From NCBI GenBank assembly GCA_023460615.1, contig JAEWPL010000222.1:21973-85972 (forward strand): DNA of 64,000 nt, written 5' to 3'. Position numbers and translations under genes: made by a program. Numbering within the stretch: position 1 is the stretch's first letter; every line of letters starts with the position of its first letter. The notes beneath the pieces are model-generated. The model did no database searches. It had not been told where the DNA came from and worked only from the letters and a program-made list of their open reading frames with translations. Positions 9,656 through 16,682 of this stretch are shown here, piece after piece. This stretch comes from Pseudomonadota bacterium (GTDB lineage Bacteria; Pseudomonadota; Gammaproteobacteria; Enterobacterales; Succinivibrionaceae).

Positions 9656-9995
9656 AGTTAATTTTTGCATTTAAAATTTCATTTTTTATTTTATTAATTT
9701 CTTCTGCCGTATATTCGTTGCAAATCTCCTCGTTTGATATAATAGTATCACAAACACCTTGTCTTAATGTTTTATAGTCAAATGGCTCTCCAGTATATTC
9801 TCCTATCATAAAAAACCAAGTTGCATAACCAAGTCCAAAACAAATGTTTGCCAATTCATAACTATAATTTGCTCCAATATATGCTAGTGTGCCGTGTATT
9901 TTCGTGTCTTCTGCATAATCAATTTCGGCTTGTAAATCTGCTAATTCTCTTTTAAATATATCACAATTCAGTAAAAACTTGTCTTTTGCTTTCAT
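9654..9995 (-). CDS. Hypothetical phage protein
   Basis: Start placed at MKAKDK after GAGAGG RBS. Confidence 0.7.
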   Translation of the reverse strand: MKAKDKFLLNCDIFKRELADLQAEIDYAEDTKIHGTLAYIGANYSYELANICFGLGYATWFFMIGEYTGEPFDYKTLRQGVCDTIISNEEICNEYTAEEINKIKNEILNAKIN

Positions 9996-9997
9996 AA

Positions 9998-10276
9998 TTA
10001 CCTCTCCCAATATTCTCTAATTCTAATGACAACACCCTTTAATTCAGTATGATAATACACCTTTTCGGCTCTTAAATTCTTGATAGTATCATACGACTTA
10101 ATGCTATTGTTAAATCTCACAAATTCCTTGTTAAATGGTACAATATAATAATCACAAGTAATAATTTTTTCGGTCGTACCCTTTGCTCTTGCTACTCGTT
10201 TATTATACTTAAATTCAAGGTATAAATTGCTTGTATCAAATAAATATATAATATTCTTTAATTGTTGCATATACAA
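9998..10276 (-). CDS. Hypothetical phage protein
   Basis: 92-aa ORF, AGGAG RBS. Confidence 0.7.
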   Translation of the reverse strand: MYMQQLKNIIYLFDTSNLYLEFKYNKRVARAKGTTEKIITCDYYIVPFNKEFVRFNNSIKSYDTIKNLRAEKVYYHTELKGVVIRIREYWER

Positions 10277-10290
10277 AAGAACTCCTATTC

Positions 10291-10503
10291 TTAGTTTATT
10301 TTATCTTTAATAGTCCAATATTCTATTGAATAACCCATACTATTATCATAATTGATAGCAACTATCGTGTTATCTTCAAATTCTTTTAATTCTTCAAGTA
10401 TATCTTCAATTTCCCAAGTTTCCTCTGCATTATCAATTAGTTGTTGTCTTATTTTTCCAACTTCTCCTAAACATAATCTGCCGTTATCATAAATATTTTG
10501 CAT
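10291..10503 (-). CDS. Hypothetical phage protein
   Basis: 70-aa ORF in operon. Confidence 0.7.
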   Translation of the reverse strand: MQNIYDNGRLCLGEVGKIRQQLIDNAEETWEIEDILEELKEFEDNTIVAINYDNSMGYSIEYWTIKDKIN

Positions 10504-10505
10504 AA

Positions 10506-10742
10506 TTACACCACCTTAAATCTTAACATATTGTCGTTGTATATTTCCATAGTATAACCACTTCTTAATAAAATCATAAGCATTTTACTATCTATTAGTC
10601 CGTGTTCCATTTCTAAAACATACTCGTTGTTATGGTCTTTATTAATTTTAATAATTTCCCATAATTTTTCTTCACTCATACAACCATTTTGTAAACCAAA
10701 TAACTTAATAATTTTTTCAGTTTTTAAATCTTCTATTTTCAT
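10506..10742 (-). CDS. Hypothetical phage protein
   Basis: 78-aa ORF, GAGGTGG RBS. Confidence 0.7.
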   Translation of the reverse strand: MKIEDLKTEKIIKLFGLQNGCMSEEKLWEIIKINKDHNNEYVLEMEHGLIDSKMLMILLRSGYTMEIYNDNMLRFKVV

Positions 10743-10757
10743 AATATTTCCACCTCA

Positions 10758-11336
10758 TTAATCAAAATTTTCCACTTTAAATAAACTTTCTGCTCCAAAA
10801 TCAATAATTTCATCTATATTCATATTGTCTAATTTCTCATATTCTCTATCAGTAAGACCTATAATTATACTATCGTGTCCCGTAGGCTTATCGTGATGAT
10901 ATTCTCTTAATTTTAGATATTTACCACTTCTACTACTTCCTTTTACATACATAGTATCATCATAATCTCTATAAAAACACTTCATATAATCATCAAAAAT
11001 CTTATAACCACTAGCACCAGTCCAACGACTATTGAATAATACTACTAAATAATGATTATACTTTTTATAATTCATTAATTGCTTAAAATAATCATCAATT
11101 TCTATTTCATCAGTATAATCATATTCAATATTATCATAGTTTTCTACATATTCTCCACTATCAATAGAATATCTATCTAATAAAATAGTATCATTTTCTA
11201 AATCTTCATAGTCAAACTCTGCTCTTTTTTCTTCAAAAATATCTCTAATATGTACACTATAATATGTTCCAACTTGTTGTAAATCTACTCCTTTTAGATA
11301 TTCTCTTTTAAAGTTTTTATCTATATAAGTTTTCAT
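10758..11336 (-). CDS. Hypothetical phage protein (compositional outlier in left arm)
   Basis: Start placed at MKTYID; rich in GATG/CATC unlike its neighbours. Confidence 0.75.
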   Translation of the reverse strand: MKTYIDKNFKREYLKGVDLQQVGTYYSVHIRDIFEEKRAEFDYEDLENDTILLDRYSIDSGEYVENYDNIEYDYTDEIEIDDYFKQLMNYKKYNHYLVVLFNSRWTGASGYKIFDDYMKCFYRDYDDTMYVKGSSRSGKYLKLREYHHDKPTGHDSIIIGLTDREYEKLDNMNIDEIIDFGAESLFKVENFD

Positions 11337-11354
11337 AAAACCATCTCCCACTAA

Positions 11355-11726
11355 TTAGTCAAATCTCCTATCGTTAATTCTTTCTTTGATTTCCATTAAT
11401 TCTTGTATGTATTCTTGTTGTTGCCACTCTGCTTTTATCATATCTTTTTGTAGGCTTGTTAATCTTGTTATGCCGTTCTTTTCTTTGTATTCTGTTATAT
11501 AAGATTTTAAATTGTCCTCAAGTATTGTATTAATTAAACCACTCATACAACTTTCATAAGTATATCTCTCCCAAGTTCTATTTTGATATGTTACTTTTCT
11601 GCTTTCTACTTCTCCCCATTGTGCTACAAGTGTGCTTTTATGTCCCCAAGCACGGCTTGTTTCCCAATATTCATTTACTATATTATATTCTCTACCACTT
11701 TTACAAATGATTTTCTTAATTTCCAT
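11355..11726 (-). CDS. Hypothetical phage protein
   Basis: 123-aa ORF, AAGGAGG RBS. Confidence 0.8.
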   Translation of the reverse strand: MEIKKIICKSGREYNIVNEYWETSRAWGHKSTLVAQWGEVESRKVTYQNRTWERYTYESCMSGLINTILEDNLKSYITEYKEKNGITRLTSLQKDMIKAEWQQQEYIQELMEIKERINDRRFD

Positions 11727-11727
11727 A

Positions 11728-11868
11728 TTATTTGTCCTCCTTTAAATCTTTGATTTCTATTATTTTTTCTGCTCTACTATTAAGTAGTCTAATTCTAGCA
11801 TAATTACCTACTATTGCTATAACTCTCCATTGTTTGTTGTTATATATTATTATGTCTTTAATTTTCAT
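11728..11868 (-). CDS. Small hypothetical protein (46 aa, not in ORF track)
   Basis: MKIKDIIIYNNKQWRVIAIVGNYARIRLLNSRAEKIIEIKDLKEDK; first gene after a promoter copy, GAGGA RBS. Confidence 0.65.
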   Translation of the reverse strand: MKIKDIIIYNNKQWRVIAIVGNYARIRLLNSRAEKIIEIKDLKEDK

Positions 11869-11892
11869 AGTCCGTTCCTCTCTTTCTTTCTC

Positions 11893-11939
11893 TTTACACT
11901 TGTTATTATATCATAAGATTTTTATATTTAGTAGTTTTT
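11893..11939 (-). promoter_or_regulatory. Left-arm promoter copy
   Basis: Plus strand tttacacttgttattatatcataagatttttatatttagtagttttt. Confidence 0.8.
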
Positions 11940-11965
11940 AAGAAATTATTTCAAGTTTTTCAATA

Positions 11966-12280
11966 TTAATCATTTAAAATACTTTTATTAATTGCAAGGT
12001 CAAATACCTTTTCTTTTAGGTCGTTAATAGTTGTTTCAAGTCCTACATCTTGTAATTCTGCATAGTTTTGTATTGTTATACAAATGTTGCCGTTATAATC
12101 ATTTAATTCTATCATTAAATGTTTTATATCTTCTACTTTAAAATTATTGACTAATGATACATAGTCCTCGTTCAAACCCTCTATATATAGGCAATAGTTG
12201 TCTGTTAAAGATATTGTTATATAGTAGTCGTTTGTACTTTCAAATAATGCTCCAATAGTATCTGCTTTGAATTTTTCCAT
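11966..12280 (-). CDS. Hypothetical phage protein
   Basis: Start placed at MEKFK after AGGAG RBS. Confidence 0.7.
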   Translation of the reverse strand: MEKFKADTIGALFESTNDYYITISLTDNYCLYIEGLNEDYVSLVNNFKVEDIKHLMIELNDYNGNICITIQNYAELQDVGLETTINDLKEKVFDLAINKSILND

Positions 12281-12293
12281 AGTTTTCACTCTC

Positions 12294-12482
12294 CTAACAC
12301 TCAAAATACATTACTAAATCAACTGCATTTTCAAAATTTTGGCTTTCCAATTCCTCTACAACTTTTTCATAGTCTTGAGGGAACATTTCCTCCATTGTTT
12401 CCATACTTGCTAATAATCTGCCGTAAAACCCTTGACTACTTGCTAATGATTTTATTGTTTCTTTAATTTCTTTTATTTTCAT
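12294..12482 (-). CDS. Hypothetical phage protein
   Basis: 62-aa ORF downstream of a promoter copy. Confidence 0.75.
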   Translation of the reverse strand: MKIKEIKETIKSLASSQGFYGRLLASMETMEEMFPQDYEKVVEELESQNFENAVDLVMYFEC

Positions 12483-12514
12483 TTTCCGTTCCTCTTTTCC
12501 TTTTTCTTGATATT

Positions 12515-12549
12515 ATTATATCATAACTATTCGTTATTTAGTAGTTTTT
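12515..12549 (-). promoter_or_regulatory. Left-arm promoter copy
   Basis: Plus strand attatatcataactattcgttatttagtagttttt. Confidence 0.8.
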
Positions 12550-12563
12550 CAATAATTTCTTTT

Positions 12564-12995
12564 TTATTCTCCCAACTTTTGTTTTAAAAGTGTTATATGA
12601 TTTTCGTGTATGTTGCCTTGTTTTAAATCTTCTACAAGTGCCTTGTGTAGATTTTCCACATATTTCTTAAATGTTGTTATAATCTTGTCCTCGTTTCCTT
12701 GTGTCTTTCTAAAAGCAACTTTTTTGCTCTCATATACCAAATATTTATTTGTTGGCTTTACAAGGTATCTATTTTGATTATTTTCCATTATATAGTTATT
12801 TTCTGCCGTTTTTGTTATTTTGAATATAATATTAAACATATCGTTGTCAAAATAACCATTGATTTCTTCTTGCTCGTTTTGTGCTAGAAATAATTGTACC
12901 CATAAAACATTATCTCCACTAAAACTATTTTTTGTTATTTTAATTTTGCTATTCTTAAAAATTCCCTCGTAAATTTCAGTTAATTTATTTTCCAT
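12564..12995 (-). CDS. Hypothetical phage protein
   Basis: Start placed at MENKL after GAGGTGG RBS. Confidence 0.75.
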   Translation of the reverse strand: MENKLTEIYEGIFKNSKIKITKNSFSGDNVLWVQLFLAQNEQEEINGYFDNDMFNIIFKITKTAENNYIMENNQNRYLVKPTNKYLVYESKKVAFRKTQGNEDKIITTFKKYVENLHKALVEDLKQGNIHENHITLLKQKLGE

Positions 12996-13012
12996 AATTT
13001 CCACCTCTTTTG

Positions 13013-13285
13013 TTATGCTAGACTTAAAATGTCTGCTAGTCTTATTTCCTTGTGTTCTTTTCCGTTATAATGTAGTTGTGTTGTTATAACACTGCGTGTT
13101 AAATCTCTTTCAATTTCAAATACTAGATTTCCCTTGATAAAATATTCAGTTATATAATTCAAGTGCATTGTGCCAAAGTGTCTATTAGTACGGCTCCTAC
13201 TTTCCTTATAACCTTTATTTCTCAATTCTTTTCTAACTTGTTTTAATAACTCGTTTACCTCGTGTGTTATAATTAAATCAAACAT
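13013..13285 (-). CDS. Hypothetical phage protein
   Basis: 90-aa ORF, GAGGGG RBS. Confidence 0.75.
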   Translation of the reverse strand: MFDLIITHEVNELLKQVRKELRNKGYKESRSRTNRHFGTMHLNYITEYFIKGNLVFEIERDLTRSVITTQLHYNGKEHKEIRLADILSLA

Positions 13286-13423
13286 AATTTTTCCCCTCGT
13301 TTCCGTTCTTTTTCACGGCTCGTGTTATGGCTTTTATTTCCATAAACACGGCTCGTGATTTCTTTCCGTCGTTTTCAAAAACCTTATATTCCGTGATTTC
13401 TTTCCGTTCTGCTCAATTTTGGC

Positions 13424-13708
13424 TTAATTTTCAGTTAAACCAAATCTGACCTCGTCCAAATCAACCCTATTAAAATTGATTTTGTCCCCGTAGTAAAAGT
13501 CTTTTAAAATGCCGTATAACTCTAAATCACTCAAATCTTTTAGGTCGTGCGTGTTATTGACAATTCTTGTTATACCCTTGTAGTTGTTTTGGTCGTTATT
13601 CAACCATAGCATAACTAACCAAGTGTCCCTATTACACCACCCGTTATAGTCCTCAAATTCTAAATTGTATTTTTTTGCATATTCAGTTTTATATTCTTTT
13701 TTGTTCAT
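13424..13708 (-). CDS. Hypothetical phage protein
   Basis: 94-aa ORF with YNGWCNRDTWLVMLWLNND motif; GAGGTG RBS. Confidence 0.75.
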   Translation of the reverse strand: MNKKEYKTEYAKKYNLEFEDYNGWCNRDTWLVMLWLNNDQNNYKGITRIVNNTHDLKDLSDLELYGILKDFYYGDKINFNRVDLDEVRFGLTEN

Positions 13709-13772
13709 ATTATAACACCTCTACTTTTTTTATTATCTGCAAGGAAGATATTTTTTTGGCTCTTCCTTGCTC

Positions 13773-13819
13773 TTTACACTTTAAATTATACCACATAAAG
13801 TTGTTATTTAGTAGTTTTT
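13773..13819 (-). promoter_or_regulatory. Left-arm promoter copy
   Basis: Plus strand tttacactttaaattataccacataaagttgttatttagtagttttt. Confidence 0.8.
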
Positions 13820-14044
13820 CTAAAACTTTTCAACTTTTTTAATAATTTCTTGTTTTAGTTTGTAAAATTCCATATTCATATTATCAAGTTGTTTTTCTAA
13901 ATTCTCCAAAAATTCTGTATCTTCATTATAAGATAATTTTTCTAGGTCGTGCATAGCAACCTTTATATCAACGATTTTTTTGTCGATTTCTTTGTAACTA
14001 TCAACTAAAGTTTTAAATTTATTAATTCTTTCTTTCTTAAACAT
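13820..14044 (-). CDS. Hypothetical coiled-coil protein, first gene of the left arm
   Basis: 74-aa ORF, GAGGG RBS. Confidence 0.75.
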   Translation of the reverse strand: MFKKERINKFKTLVDSYKEIDKKIVDIKVAMHDLEKLSYNEDTEFLENLEKQLDNMNMEFYKLKQEIIKKVEKF

Positions 14045-14067
14045 ATTAATTCCCTCTTTCTGCTTTA

Positions 14068-14104
14068 ATTATACCATATAAAATTGCTATTTAGTAGTTT
14101 TTTT
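14068..14104 (-). promoter_or_regulatory. Left-arm promoter copy
   Basis: Plus strand attataccatataaaattgctatttagtagttttttt. Confidence 0.8.
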
Positions 14105-14108
14105 AAAA

Positions 14109-14206
14109 TTTCCCCACGATTTTTTAAATTCGTGTTATTCCCCCACGATTTTATTGTGCCGTGTTATGCAATTTTCCCCACGATTTCACGATTTCGTGTT
14201 ATGCAA
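14109..14206. repeat. Interleaved direct repeats CCCCACGATTT (x3) and CGTGTTAT (x3)
   Basis: Read directly from 14109-14206. Confidence 0.75.
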
Positions 14207-14282
14207 ACATTTGTTTGTTATGGTATCGAACACTTGTTCGTGCTAGTCTGTCAACCTTTTTTGGTTGACAAACAATTGTTCG
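14204..14282. promoter_or_regulatory. Three LexA (Cheo) box-like palindromes
   Basis: CAAACATTTGTTTG 14204-14217, CGAACACTTGTTCG 14227-14240, CAAACAATTGTTCG 14269-14282; Gram-positive consensus is CGAAC-N4-GTTCG. Confidence 0.5.
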
Positions 14283-14370
14283 TGCTTTTGTCGGTCGTCG
14301 TGTCGTCGTGTCGTGGTGCTTATTCTTTTATATATAAGGGCGAGGACTTTTATATCTCAACCTCAAGAAC

Positions 14371-14405
14371 ATTATATCACGGCTTTTAGTTATTTAGTAG
14401 TTTTT
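14371..14405 (-). promoter_or_regulatory. Left-arm promoter copy (outermost)
   Basis: Plus strand attatatcacggcttttagttatttagtagttttt. Confidence 0.8.
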
Positions 14406-14473
14406 GAAAAAAAAGGGACTTTACATAAAAAAGTGTAAAGTGTAAAGAAAAAATGCTAAAATGTAAAAAAATC

Positions 14474-14502
14474 TTTACTTTTTACAAAAACCTCTGTATA
14501 AT
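14474..14502 (+). promoter_or_regulatory. SigA-like promoter
   Basis: TTTACT-N17-TATAAT upstream of 14527. Confidence 0.6.
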
Positions 14503-14526
14503 TATAGATAGATGAGGAGGGATAGT

Positions 14527-14730
14527 ATGAAGAAAACAAAAAAGTTACATCTTAAAAAGTGGCTAGAAAAAACTTTGATTTTAATTAATAGTTTTATATT
14601 TTGCTTTTTATGTATGATTAATGATTTTGAATTTTACGGCTTTATAATGATATTATTGCTTTTAATAGTCTTTGGCTTTAATACTTTAATCATTAGCAAA
14701 TACGGGCGAATATTAAAAGAATTAAAATAA
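14527..14730 (+). CDS. Small membrane protein
   Basis: Basic N-terminus then two hydrophobic segments; GAGGAGG RBS. Confidence 0.7.
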   Translation: MKKTKKLHLKKWLEKTLILINSFIFCFLCMINDFEFYGFIMILLLLIVFGFNTLIISKYGRILKELK

Positions 14731-14785
14731 AGGTATAAACCTTAAAAAAATGTAAATAATAATAGTAAGAGAGGAACGGGAAAAA

Positions 14786-15361
14786 ATGAAAAATAATATT
14801 GATATTAAAAAGATTATAGTTGAGGGAGGTGCTACTCTTAATAGATACGGCGAGGACTTTGTATCAAATAAAGGCTTTATGGTGTCGGTCTTTGGTGCTG
14901 AGTTTAAAACAACAGATGAGGAAATAGCAAAGAGTAAAATTAGGGAATATTTAGAGAAGATACAAACACAGGAAGGCTTGTTCGTTGGTGTATGGCTTGA
15001 CGAGGGCGAGGTATATGTAGACTTATCAATTCACATTTTAGATTATAATGAGGCTCTAGAGGTCGCAAGGAATAACAAACAGAAAGCGATATTTGATTTG
15101 AAGAACAAAACCTCAATATACTTAAACTATACAAAGTATTATACACTATATAAAGTTATAAAAGATGAGGAGGGAAATATAACAGACTATAAGATAATAA
15201 GACAATACGACAGATTGGAGGACATAATGAAAGGCTTAAACATAAACAAGCAAACATTGTATAATTGCATCAGTAAAAACCTTGATGAGGTTCATCAATT
15301 AATTTTTAATAAGTGGGCGTTGGTGGTCGATAAAATAAGCGAGGAGGAGTTAATAGCATAA
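14786..15361 (+). CDS. Hypothetical protein, possible SAM-lyase-like domain plus C-terminal HTH (NUMOD1-like)
   Basis: GFMVS...GVWLDEGEVYVDLS...A..VA..NKQKAIFD pattern; the CDS is clear, the family call is tentative. Confidence 0.5.
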   Translation: MKNNIDIKKIIVEGGATLNRYGEDFVSNKGFMVSVFGAEFKTTDEEIAKSKIREYLEKIQTQEGLFVGVWLDEGEVYVDLSIHILDYNEALEVARNNKQKAIFDLKNKTSIYLNYTKYYTLYKVIKDEEGNITDYKIIRQYDRLEDIMKGLNINKQTLYNCISKNLDEVHQLIFNKWALVVDKISEEELIA

Positions 15362-16397
15362 TAAAAAAAAATACTTCTGAGGTCGACTATTTGTTAGGTA
15401 GTCGACTTATCAGAGGGAGGGTAGTAGTATGCTAAAACATACATTTAAGCAATAAAAGGGGGTATTTTACAACCTAAACCCCCAAAAACCCTTTTTTATA
15501 ATGTGTGCTGCTCTTTTCGCACATCCCCCTTAGCATTTCCCACCATCCATCACCCACACACCCGCTCCCCACACCCTACACACCATCTCCCATAGCCCAC
15601 TCTCCACAATTCATCCCCACCGCCTCAAAACCCCGATAATACAAGGCTTTTCAGTCTTACTTTCTCTTTACACTCGTGGCGTACTGTCCGCACCCCTCCC
15701 CTAGTTTACAATAATATAGTCCCTAAACAAAAAAGAGGCATAGCCTCTCTGTAACGAATATGGGCTCATCACGAGCTCTTAGTAACGTGGGCAGTATAAT
15801 TACCCTTTGAGCCTTATAAAACCTCGTAAAACAGCTTAAAATGCCCTCTGTGAAGGTAGTGACAGAATGTCGGGCGGAGGTCAGTAGTAACAGACTCTTT
15901 ATGTCTTAAGACATTAGTGTAGACTTTTAAAGTCTTAAGACTTATTATATATAAAGACATCTATATAGGAGCCATAGTATATAGAGTCGAAGACATTTTC
16001 AAAATCTAGTCTTAAGACTTTTTATGCCTATGTTCGTCTACACCTATAAGCTGTCTACTATTGTTAGATTTTGGAAATGCTCTTCTCCTAAACGATTTCA
16101 TCGTTTTGTCAATGGCTCTCTATGGTTAACACCCGCTTAGATGAAATTGCTTTAGGACTGCCTACGCTATGCTCTTTTTAGGCTTCAAAATGCCTTAATG
16201 TAACTTTTGAGCCTTAAAAAAGTTACATCGCCCTTCGCAAAGCCTTATAAATAAAGGCTAAAAAGTGCATTTCCTTAAAGATATATAGTATATAAAAAGA
16301 CACCTAAAAAGGAGCCATAAAGAAACCCAGACCCTTTTTTCGTTTTGATTTTACATTTTTTACAAATTACTTTACAATTTTACACTTTTTTATGCAA

Positions 16398-16423
16398 CAA
16401 AAAAAAGACCTTATGTGGTCTTT
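16398..16423 (-). terminator. Rho-independent terminator for the 38-aa peptide gene
   Basis: AAAGACC-N6-GGTCTTT stem followed by a T-run on the minus strand. Confidence 0.65.
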
Positions 16424-16424
16424 A

Positions 16425-16541
16425 TTATTTTCGTGCAAAGTTTGTTGCTAAACGATAACGTCTTCTCTTACTGGCACTTTCTGGCGTAGCTTTAAAAGCA
16501 TTCCAACATAAAGCTCCTAATAATAAATTAAACATTTTCAT
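16425..16541 (-). CDS. 38-aa peptide (not in ORF track)
   Basis: MKMFNLLLGALCWNAFKATPESASKRRRYRLATNFARK; AAAGGAGG abuts the first ATG and is 7 nt from the second ATG (16535), so a 36-aa product is also possible; own promoter and terminator. Confidence 0.7.
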   Translation of the reverse strand: MKMFNLLLGALCWNAFKATPESASKRRRYRLATNFARK

Positions 16542-16577
16542 TCCTCCTTTTAATTATTTTCCCCTTTGGTTAAATAT

Positions 16578-16653
16578 AGTATACCACTAACAATATAATT
16601 TGTCAACATTTTTTCAAAAATTCATTGACATATATTATATATTATGATATTAT
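16578..16653. promoter_or_regulatory. Back-to-back SigA promoters
   Basis: Minus: TTGACA(16606-16601)-N17-TATACT; plus: TTGACA(16625)-N17-TATTAT; both with extended TG. Confidence 0.8.
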
Positions 16654-16682
16654 ATATATAAAGATAGGAGGATAAAAAAAAG

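Noticed and set aside
14109..14206. Repeats considered as a CRISPR mini-array
   Set aside because: Repeats are only 8-11 nt with irregular short spacers, and there are no cas genes.
3577..14389. Plus-strand ORFs in the left arm (e.g. 3577, 5945, 6516, 7972, 8409, 12699, 14084)
   Set aside because: Antisense shadows of well-supported minus-strand genes, or overlapping regulatory repeats; no RBS; F/L/S/I-rich composition.
1533..14405. Repeated motif considered as attC-like or cassette recombination sites
   Set aside because: It is non-palindromic, contains a perfect extended -10 at fixed spacing and usually precedes an RBS, so a promoter explains it better. A secondary role in homologous gene shuffling is not excluded.
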